Part shown: piece by piece, positions 40,172 through 50,700 of the stretch | Layout of the letters: every line of letters begins with the position of its first letter | Numbering within the stretch: position 1 is the first letter of the stretch | Assembly: GCA_000934665.2 (NCBI GenBank) | Contig: KZ538078.1 | Span: forward strand, 1 to 64,000 | DNA from: Catajapyx aquilonaris | Lineage: Eukaryota | DNA length: 64,000 nucleotides | Direction of reading: 5' to 3' | The notes under the pieces: model-generated | What the model saw: the letters and a program-made list of their open reading frames with translations, nothing else | What the model was told of the DNA's origin: nothing | Databases searched by the model: none | Made by a program: the position numbers and the translations under genes

Positions 40172-41146
40172 GTAGGGGAAGCTCTTGTACCTTGGACTCC
40201 CTTGAACCTTGGGACATGGTCATTTTCTCGAAATCTGTTGGCGTGAAAAAGCACTAACCTGCACCAATGTCATGGTCCTTGAGTGGCCCTCACCCCATTG
40301 TGTTTTCAGCGTCATCTGATTAAGTGTCTGCCTGCTGCATCAAAATGTATGTTTTTAGGTATAGTAAAAGTAATTTAAGTGACCTTATTAGTGAAAGGTA
40401 CCATAGCCCAAGTTACAAAGATCCGAATTTGGCTCCTTCTCTTAATGATAGGGCGTTTAGTGCGCCACAATGTGACCAACTGAAAAGTGTCATAAAAGCA
40501 GCCATATTTTGGGTGACACCACGTTTCGGAGTCTAGGCTTTATCTTGTACGTACCTTGGGACACTGACCTATTTTGTACCTTAGGACTCGTGATAAAGTG
40601 TACGACCTACCTAAGAGTGACGTTCTGCTCAAAATTCCCCCGCCAATGAAGTGTGGCGGTTCCCTGCGGCAATGTGAGCAGTTGACATTTGGTGTGGACT
40701 TGTCGGAGTACAAAATTTAGTAGGACCTTATCATTCCTAGGTGTGTGTAGGCCCTCCCTATTTTTAAATTTGATTACTCCACAGCAAATGTAAACTGTTC
40801 ACATATTATACGGAGCTACATGCATACAAAATGTACCTGGATTAAAATAAACAAGGACATATTTGGAAGTAGCCTACTCTCATATTTCATTTTGTTGCTG
40901 TCCCAAGGTACACATCCCTATGGCCCAAGGTACACTACTACTCTTGTACCTTGGGACGGTGGCAGAGGTTCCGTATTTATTTTTAAAAGTGATCAAGAAG
41001 TTGATGCTAGCTCACATGAAAATATATTATTAATCCATAATATGTGCTTTATCCACTGGCTCATAAATAAAGGACTAGTAACATATATTGCCAAAGTTAA
41101 AAATGTTTATGTAAAAATTGTCCCAAGGTACCAGAGCTTCCCCTAC
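40172..41146. mobile_element. Non-autonomous TIR DNA transposon (~975 bp), TA-GGGGAAG termini (Tc1/mariner-pogo/Fot1-like)
   Basis: Left end gtaggggaagctcttgtaccttggac versus reverse complement of the right end gtaggggaagctctggtaccttgggac. The motif GTACCTTGGGAC or close variants recurs near 40187, 40205, 40551, 40576 and 40946, and inverted near 40900, 40923 and 41120. There is no transposase ORF. Confidence 0.85.
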
Positions 41147-41479
41147 AGTTTCTTAAGATTGCATTAGTCCTTATGGAATCGTGTTTTGAAAATTATGCGT
41201 AACTCGCCTGGGTGGTCAATTGACTGGCCCATGGTGGTCAGCTGACCAAGATAGTCAACTGACCTTTACATTTTTCTGTACGGAGCAGAACACTTCTTTG
41301 CCAGAATCAAAAAGTATACAGTACGTGTCAAGTACCGATACTGTATAGGCTATTACACAACGCCTAACTCCATTTCGACCAAAATCTGATTGTTTTGCAT
41401 TCCAGAAGGTCTTCAAATTATACAGCACCGGTATTCTATTATGTGCATGGATTAACTCCCAAAATTACTTCATCGCAAA

Positions 41480-42027
41480 TTCAGTACTCAGTCCTTAATT
41501 TTGAACCCTGGCATTATTTAGTTTATATAGCCTACATTACATATGAACTGCAAAATACCAAGTATGCGATGTATATTTTTTGGCTATACCCTGTAAGTTC
41601 CAGCGTTTTGTTCCAGCTTCACCAAAACACGTCAGGTCTCGTCGCACACTGAAAGTCATTATCGAAGAGGCTCTACAGGAGATGAAGCGATCCTTGGATA
41701 GGGCTCTTGGACATTTAGAAGACAGAAGCAATCACGATGGACCTCCTGAAAAACAAGTTCGAGCTTGGGCGAAAATTCAACGGGGACCTCGAAGGGCACT
41801 TTTTCACCAAACTGAATAACTGGGCTGAAGTGATTGGTCAAAAAAAAAGGGTTCACTCTCAATGTTATGCTCGGAAATTCATCGCAATTCAGACGCTGAA
41901 TCAATGCTTCCATTCAAGTTAAGAAGAATATGTACATGGTACCCTCTTAAAGTAACTGCTTAATATAAATCAGCCTAGTGCAAAATATCGCTAAACACTA
42001 AACGGACATTTCTGTTGGAACACCCTG
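41480..42027 (+). mobile_element. Possible decayed 3' end of a Tc1/mariner transposon
   Basis: Ends in ggacatttctgttggaacaccctg (reverse complement CAGGGTGTTCCAACAGAAATGTCC, TIR-like). Upstream broken frames give TLKVIIEEALQEM and ...EGHFF, plus an AGT CCT..TTG AAC CCT trace near 41490 reminiscent of SPDLNP. Highly degenerate. Confidence 0.35.
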
Positions 42028-42527
42028 CTCATGATGCAGTTACTGTGCCTCACGGAAAGCAGCGCACAAAAAGACCTGTTTTGTGTCTTATGAACCCGTC
42101 ACAAGCACATTTCATTAATTATACACTCTTGGAGCTGTGTTCGTAGCTCATGAAGGTAGAGTGTGCCTCATGCAGAGAGCCCAAGATTACCGAAGTAACT
42201 ATCCTGCTGCATGTGCCACAGAAAACTGAAGCGTGCCTTATTTAAAGCTTCTAGTATATCATGAAAAGATCAACCAAGACGCACCAATGCGGCACCGAAT
42301 AAAGTGTACTTTAAGCAATATAAAAAAGGAAGCCTGCTTGAGCTTATGACAATAAGTCAGCAAACTTTTTCATCTGTTTTACACGACACCTCCGTACTGC
42401 ATAATTATAATTACTGTACTTCTTGTTAAGGACAGACCGAAAACTTAACATATGTGGTTAAGAAAAAAAAAATGGAAATAAATGGTGTCCATCACCATTG
42501 TACAAAATATTTGAGCTCCAATCAACC

Positions 42528-42579
42528 TACACTCTTAACCATTTACCTTCTCTAGAGAGGGTAAATGGTTAAGAGTGTA
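42528..42579. mobile_element. 52-bp palindromic micro-MITE, copy 2 (opposite orientation)
   Basis: tacactcttaaccatttaccttctctagagagggtaaatggttaagagtgta is the exact reverse complement of 33473-33524. Confidence 0.85.
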
Positions 42580-43573
42580 TAGTGCCTAATTTTATCAGGT
42601 AATATTTTTAATATCTCATCAAAGGAACTGATTAATAAGAATAAGCCTCGTAGTGTCTGAAATTAACTAACCACTTCAGCTGGAAAAGTGTATTATTGCT
42701 ACAACCGGAGATTGTACATGCCAAAGACTTTTTTTTACATAGTGCACCGTTGTTGCACTCGTGATGTCATGCCACTTCTCTCATTGCACGAATAGTCTGA
42801 CTGTGAGACAAAAACAGTGTGTCACGCAATTGTATGATAAAGTGGAAGCGTGACATTTATAAAAATGATGACTCAAAAATAACGGGTAGTAAAACTGGAT
42901 CACTAGTTGTTGGTGGTATATTGTGATTTACTGATGGACACCTTTCTGAATCAGCGTGATTTCCATTCAGTTCCGAACATTCTCATTACTTCCAAACCCA
43001 TTTACTTCACGCAATTCCCATTCCATTCCAATCGATTCCAATTCTTTTTCCTCTTCCATTCCTCCAATTAATTAAGCTCAATTGAGTCGGTCAGAATAGA
43101 AACATCTCAAGTACTACTTTTCCAAAATAGAGTTTAACTGGTAAATATTCTGCCCATGAAAAAGCATTAGGCCTAGTACGATTATGCCCTAATTCCATTG
43201 GATGCCATAAAAACATGCACGGTACATTTCACAAAAAAAGGAGAAAGGGACCTTACTCATGAAATAGCTCAAATATGACAACTTAAATACGTTTATCACT
43301 TTCAAAAGACGCTGAAGGAACCATCAGGTGACTAATGACAAGGTCTGAACTCTGAAGTATGTATAGGCTACGCACAGTATATTGACGGGGAAGTTAGGAT
43401 ATAAACCGAATCAATCTCTTTAGCTTTTTCTATTTTTACTTTTTCTGCGTCCAAATTCAAACGGGTGAAATTACATTGACTTTTTGGAGTGATAAATTTC
43501 ACTTCTTCCTTTTTTTACGTTACCCCGTGATAGGGCCGTAGGCCCTTTTAGGGGGGTGGAATACCACCATCCT

Positions 43574-43843
43574 TCAATTTTTCTGTAATTTTTTCTGCCT
43601 CCGGTGCAAGGATGAAAGGATATGGGGTAAGGATGGGGATTTCTGGGGAGGGGACACAGGTGCAAGTGCAGTGTCTGGAAAGAGGTCATGTGCAGTCCCC
43701 CAGGAGGCTAGGTTGCCAAGACGCCTCCTAGGCGCGGGTCAGAGACCCACTGACGCAGGCGGAAGGGAACTCCCGGGCGGGGATCGAACCCGGTACCTTC
43801 CGCACCGCAAGCCGAGACGTTACCATCTCGGCCACCATGCCTC
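43574..43843 (-). mobile_element. tRNA-derived SINE (~270 bp)
   Basis: Minus-strand head ggcatggTGGCCGAGATGG (A box, 43834-43823) and GGTTCGATCC (B box, 43790-43781) at tRNA-like spacing, but with no pairing acceptor stem. A GC-rich body follows, then a tandem A-rich tail (cagaaaaaatta cagaaaaattga). The 3' boundary is approximate. Confidence 0.75.
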
Positions 43844-46800
43844 CCCCCCACTTCTTCCTATTTATCAAGTGTAACGTTGAGAGGAATGGGTTGATTATTT
43901 TCATTCTCACAAACTCAATTCATATTCAAACTTCTCACTGCTTGACCAATGATTCGGAATTAATTCCCATGCAGAATAGGATAATGGCTATTATCATCTT
44001 CAATACTTCCGGGTTCATCTAGTTGGCCAGAATCCCCGCGAACAATAATCCAAGTCCACCATGCAGGAGTGGGCTCAACCATGTACAGTACAGCTATACC
44101 GACAAGACAGTAACATGATATAATGGGCAAATGACTGGGCCACGTAACCGTTCAGAGTAGATCTTGTTCCACCCAGAGCCTTTACCATTTGGGAGGGAGA
44201 ATATTATGGACTTTATTAACTCCAATCGGCTTCAATATAATAAGTATGAAAGCTATATTCTGTCTGCAAGCGCATTCCTTTATTATTCGATAGTTACCGC
44301 TAACTGGCAAGAGTACCTTTCAGTATCTTTTGTTGGCAACAGCTATGACAAGCATTGCGATGCTTTCGAGTATCAGGGCATGTAGTAACACCATGCCACA
44401 TGTAACGGTTACGTCATATAAGCAGGAAATAAAACACCAAGTGCTGCGGTAACTTATCCCCACTGTCCCTCCTTTGTCGGCTGTGCTTGACGGCGCCTGT
44501 CGTCCTGCGACACGTTTTCTCGCGTACCGGTATATCCTCTCTTAAACACCTAACACTGCACCACCTATCCTGCAGGCATAATTTTGAGCGACGTCCACTT
44601 AGCTTTCCTGCACTTAATAAACGTTATGATTACAAGTATGGCAAATTTTTCTCTCTAAAGAAGCAAGCCATGATTAAAAGCAGAGTGGAAAGTAGAGTGT
44701 TGACTAGCGTGGCTTGAGTCCAGTCGGCACTCATTTCCAAAGTTGTCAAGGTGTTAGGCTGACACCCGAATCCCTTAATTACTCTGGCGGCCTGAACCGT
44801 CGGGTATTTAACCAGTGACGGGGTCTTTCCCTGTAACAAGCGCAGTTTCCTTTACGCCCGAGCCCTATATGGTAAGATAAGGCCTGGGCAATAGTAGGGG
44901 GGAGCCTGTGTTCCGCATTGGCACGTCAGACCCCTTTGATGTCACGAGGGCACTTTGGCACGCAGTAATGGAGCCGGACCTCACGACACACGACAGAAGA
45001 GCCCCTGTGCCTATTACCAGGCCGTAACAAGGGAGCTAGATAGAAGGCCAAAGTTATCTGGCTTTGCCGAAAGGATCCATATGGAGAGGATTTTAGTGGG
45101 TCGCTAGTAGCGCTCCTAACGAGCGTCGTTGACGTTAGCGGCCGAACAAAAGGCAACCCGAAACGAGTGACCTCTAGCTGGCTGATGGATGGGACCAGAC
45201 TGTTGGCGGGACGTGTCCTCGGGTCGCAGGGCATTCCTGGTGCAAATGAAACCCAATGAGGAACGAGACCTCGACACCTACAGGGCTTGTGCATCCGCTC
45301 TCTATGTCCGAGCTGACTCGTAGGCTGCTGCTTTTTGGCAGCTCGTGGCGTGGGGACCCGCTTTCTAACCAGCCACGGCTCCTCCACCAATCAAAGCCTC
45401 CGCTAATTAAATTCGAATTTGCTTTTTGCCGGTTTCGGCATGAATAATACATAACGGCCCAAGATAATTAGTCCCTACCGAGTGCGGCTGGTTGAAGAGG
45501 AAAGATTTGTCGCCACTCCCACTTCTGAGTAGGCGTATTTGAATAGGTATATTGTCCAGATTTATACGCCACGATACATTTTGTGGGGGGTACCTTTCGG
45601 GAATGAAAAGTCAAATGTGAAGTCGACGGAAAGAGAAAGAAAATTTTGGAAGGATTTACTTCTCCCTGAAGTATTGATCTTGAATAAACCATAAAACCTT
45701 GAGAAATTTGAATAGGGCTTTTCTTTATTAAAAGGAATATATTCATACGAAAGGAACAAAAATTGGGTCCTTTTGCTTTGAACGGAGCATTTCGGCTTAG
45801 TGGCTAAGAATATCTCATGCCATCTCAAAGGCTTCATTCCAGTCAGTCTCAGAGTCTGAGCTTTCTGCATTTTCTCTTACCATCACTACCTACTGGTTGA
45901 CTGCCATATGAGTGCTAAGCATATTCTATTCACCACTTTATGATGTTCGCAACCTATATTTAAAAGACCTTTGCAAAATGAGTCCTACGAGCCTGGTTTT
46001 CCCAATACTACGAAAAAAATATCAAATTACTGCCACCATGCACAAGGTCTCTACGATAACTGTGGACCACATACCATGCTTATGGTACTTTCGAAACTCT
46101 CAGGATAATCAATCGTTAACGAGGATGTTCTTGTAGTGGATAATAATTTTTTACTAAGAATGCGTGGTAAGTTAGCGCTTTGAAAAAAATGCACAAGCAT
46201 GATATGGCACCAAACGAGATGCACATCTACAGCAGGGGCCTACAATTTACAAGAAGACTGCAAATTTCACAGGTTCTGAAGACAAACTGCACATTGTACC
46301 ACATTTATAACCAGACTGCACAATATATTCAATTGTCATATTCGTTACCGTAACACTTACAAGTTAGTGGTGAAAGGGATACCTACAGTACCTCCGGATC
46401 AATGGAACGACAAATGATGTCTCTTTCCCTGATGACTGTGTGGCTTCAGCGGGCCAGAGAGTAAAACACAAAGGCCCTCTCCAGGGCCTACAGCCTACAC
46501 TGCAGTCCCACCAGTTTTATCGATTTCGGATAGCCTAATATTTGCAAATAGTGAGCGATTACGGGGGACCAGAGTCGTTTATCAAATCTCGCGTTTAGGG
46601 GCGGTGCCGTGTACATATCCATTGGACATACCTTCTCTGGACAAGTCAGGATGGGCGGCTGCCACAATCAACAAAACCGGCATACCTGTAACAAAAAAAG
46701 AAAAAAAAAACATGAAACTTTCCCGCCCAATTATATCGGCCCGAAACACGTTTCACCAACTCCAAGTCTTTAAAGGGCAGGGTGACTGTCGATAACTAGC

Positions 46801-47668
46801 AAAGGAGCTCTTCAAGGATCAATTTGTATGAATAGCTGCTCCGTCTCGGGACCCGCATTCATTGAGAAAAGCCCTCCCTCACCCACTACCCCCTGCCTAG
46901 CCCCCAAGTCTTCTAGGCCTCGGCAGATTGACTCTACACGGCCCCGGTTTAGCCCTTGATTTGCCTATTCACTCCCAAAGAGGGTGAGGTGGGAGGAGGG
47001 GAGCCCACCAGCTATAAGACGTCTACTTGGGGAAGTGCGGGCTCCATTTCCGAATCGGCTCACTCCTCTTTTCACTTGGCACTCTGGAAAGTTCAACTTC
47101 TCCCGGACGCGCAAGTAGCGTCAAGAGGAATCGGGATTCAGACAATGTACCGCTTACTCATTGTCATTCCGATATAGTGGAAACCTATGCCACGGGACCT
47201 GGATAGGGGTGGAGAAGGAGGAGAAATGGTCTTCCTTCTCTCACTGCAACTATACTCTTCTCTGCATATTATATACACTGTACCCATTCAAATTCGGATT
47301 GCTCCATCTGAGAAGAGCTGAGGTGGAAGAGACCTATTCTTTCCAATTCGCCATGCGGAAGTCATTTTATGCCAATCTGCTCGCAAGTTATGTGTTTTTG
47401 GCGTACTGATTCTCGAATACTGTAGCTGCTAATTATCAACCTTTTTATACGGTTGGAGTGACTTTGACAATGGACGTGGTTGGGTTTGAATGACTTACTG
47501 TGCGAGGTGCTATTCAATAGGAGGCACTTTCAGGTAGGGCTAAACACTGTCAATTCACTACATTCAGAGCTAACAATGCACAAATATAATAGGATCGTGT
47601 TGCTCATATGGAGTAGGTATAGGCAATAGCTAGGCCAGGTGACATATATGCAGATACAGAGATGCACT

Positions 47669-47740
47669 CACTGGGTGTACCAAAAGTCAGCTCGTGAATG
47701 CACCTGTTTCAAGTTGAGCTGAATTTCGGGCCACCTTGTA
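47669..47740. mobile_element. Degenerate 72-bp foldback MITE with CAGGGTG-type ends
   Basis: Left cactgggtgtaccaaaagtcagctc versus reverse complement of right tacaaggtggcccgaaattcagctc. A related solo end, tacagggtggtccgaaa, occurs at 30441. Confidence 0.5.
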
Positions 47741-50700
47741 TTTGAATATCAAACTGTAGGTATATAGGCACGTTCTTATTGAACTTTGTATACCATCTGC
47801 TCCGGTTGATTCAGCAGATTTAAAAGGGTGAGGTTGGTCGGAAATTGAACATGCAGGGGGGTCGGAACCCGTGTGCCTCCATCTATGTAATCAGTCGAAT
47901 TTGTATTCAAATGACTCACACTGAAACAGGAAAATCAGTTTGACCCATGACAAATCACCCTTCCGAAAGGCGTGTCGTCGCGTCACTCTAATAAAACATG
48001 ACCGTAAGTGATAGTCCCATATTTGTGTCAGCAATTCGTAAACGAATGCAGTAAAAGCAATAAACATAATCCTTCCCAATTTTTTTTGGCAAGTACCTCA
48101 AAGCGTGCGAGTGTCCAAGTTTTTGGCATCATCTTTGGCCAGATTTTGGTAGCTGGCTAGAACATCAAAACGCCATAGATCAGAGGGGAGGATAGGGAAA
48201 ATGCCAGCCTGCAAGAAGCCAGCTAATTAAGCCGCGGGAGAGATGAATCAAAAAGCATTAAATAGGCGCCTTTTGGGTTTCGCTGCTCTTTTCTGGTGGC
48301 TGCCGAAGGAGGCCTTGGCCCAATCGTTAGAGGCACCAATCTAAGTGCCGTGACAGTAATTGCTGGCGGAATTTCTTTGCCAGCAGCATTCGCCGGCAGA
48401 AATATTGTCCGCGAGGTATTGCGCCAACGGACTAGCCTCTTCGTTATTGTGATTTATAGAGCTGGAGGGAACGCAAACCTTATTGAATTTTAAGACACAG
48501 AGAGGGGCAACTAGACTCTCCTCTCTAATTGAATCATCTCGGCCTAGGTCTCAGTCTAATTAGAATGACGTCAGAACATACCCGCGACCTGGACCACTCA
48601 ATTGATAATACGCCATACCGCAGCATATGGTGGCTTTTGCTAATCAGATCGATGGAAATATTCCTATAATCTCATCGGCTGTCCAACAGATTAACGAGCG
48701 TAATTTTTAACGGCATCATTCTACCTCCGTGTACAAGTGTGGTTTGTGGTCGGCGCTGGTTGGGCGCCATGTGAAAAAAAGGTGCTTTAAATCTAGCATT
48801 CCCTTTGCTACAGTGTCATTACTCTGCCAGAGCTCTAGGGGCGAAAAAAATAGGTTAATTAAATTTCATGGTTGTACTGACAACAAGATCCACAGGTTAT
48901 TAAGAGCATATTACTTTCCAGCTCATTAATAATGTAGCTGTCGTACGCTCAACGGAAAATTTGCATTGAATAAATACGTTATTACAATTATTGGGCGCAA
49001 GTGTGACGGAATATTAATGTAGCCGCGACGTGCTCTGCTGCTGGGTATAGAGCTGGGCCCCAAAGTCTTTCTCTGGGCGCGTTTTCAGGCATAGCACTCA
49101 GACAATCTGGATTTTATGTACTCGCAGTGAAATTGCGAAGTGGAGTGTAAATGGGACCGTTTCCACCTGACTAATTCACGAGACGGAGTGAATAACACAA
49201 AGTGACACGTAGCCACTCTGCGCGTCCTATTTAATCGCGACAAGATAATAACCACTACTGGGTTTGTGAGGGACCCCTGGGGACACCACACAGAGGACGC
49301 CTCTCGGGACACATCTGGACAGGGTTTGCTGTCCAACAACTCAGCTGCTGCCTTTCCTTGGGGAAATGCGTCTGGCCATCTTGGGCGCTGGATTTTCTCG
49401 CCACAAGATGGCGTGTCGGATGCTGGATTTATAAGCGCACTTGTCATGTTTACGTCTTGTCTGGGATGTTAATATGAGCTTACGTATCGTGGGCATACAG
49501 GAGAAATCCACTAAACCCACCAAAAAAATATTGCTTCGATTTAATCCAAATCACTAGTTTACATACTAGTGAACATATTGGCTTGCTGGCTCATTATGCA
49601 TATTTAGGAATAAATGGACTTCACTAGGCGATGGAGCAGAAAAATGCTACTTAGTAGTGTAAATAACTCAAATCCGACAAAATTGGCCTTAGGGGGATTT
49701 CTTTTGTATGCTAGCGTCATATTCTTATACGGCGATTGTCAAAACACGATCATTTACGTAACAATGATTTTAGGTGGCGGCAATTGGCCAGTAATTGGGA
49801 ACATTTTAATTACGCGAGAGAGTCCTTCGGATAAGTAATGAAAAATTAATTAGCGAGTGTTGAAAATAAGCAATTCATTAGCGACATGTAGTATTTGCTG
49901 CGCTTACTCGTCAAGCTACATCCACTCAACGGCAGACAACAATTTTGGGGCACCGAGTGGTATGCTCTAGCAATGTCCGATGTAATTTCAAAAATTATGA
50001 ACTGACAGCAATCTAGTGTATGGGACTTTTATAATTCACTCTCGTTCAGCTGTCCATTACAATTGTACTGTCGGTGCAGTTTTCCAGTGGCTGCAAGTGA
50101 AAGCCGCCACGTAATTATGCAGAACAATGCATCAAATCTCTATTCAAATCTACAAAACACAGTGGAAGTTGCATATGACCGAAATGGAGCGGCAGCATTT
50201 CAGCCGCGCCCATTCAATATGACAATAACCCTCCCTGTAAAACATATCAATTCTTCAATTCAAAAACGATGTCTTCTTTTTTAAACGCACCCAATATTAT
50301 ACCAGTACGAAAAAAATATGGCCAGTTTGCCCGAACTTAGCAAGAAACGTTTAATGTCAGGTAGACAGGCTTGAATGAAAAGGTCTCAGTTATTCCGTGC
50401 AAGAGTACGACAGCTTCCAGCACAGGTCACGGAACTAAATCAGTACCTTGATTTATTTATTTTTGTACCCACCTAACATTATCCCACAAAATCTTTTGCT
50501 GATAGACTTCTATTGATTTAACATTAGACGCTAGGAAAGATCCGACCGCAACTAATCAGGTATCGGTTAGGTTATTGATTCATCGGAAGCTCACGGAGCT
50601 CAGATTAAGGAGTAGAGAGGAAAGAATCAGCCATCGAGCACTCTCCTTATCGACCATATCGACCTCGGCGTCATAATCTCATAAGCTGCTCCAGAAAATT

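Noticed and set aside
39521..41146. Recurrent short motifs as a CRISPR-like array
   Set aside because: The motifs are 11-12 bp, irregularly spaced, in mixed orientation and bounded by TIRs in a eukaryotic context. They are explained as transposon subterminal repeats.
44142..44414. 11-bp inverted repeat acgtaaccgtt / aacggttacgt
   Set aside because: It is too short, with no TSD or second copy, to call a MITE.
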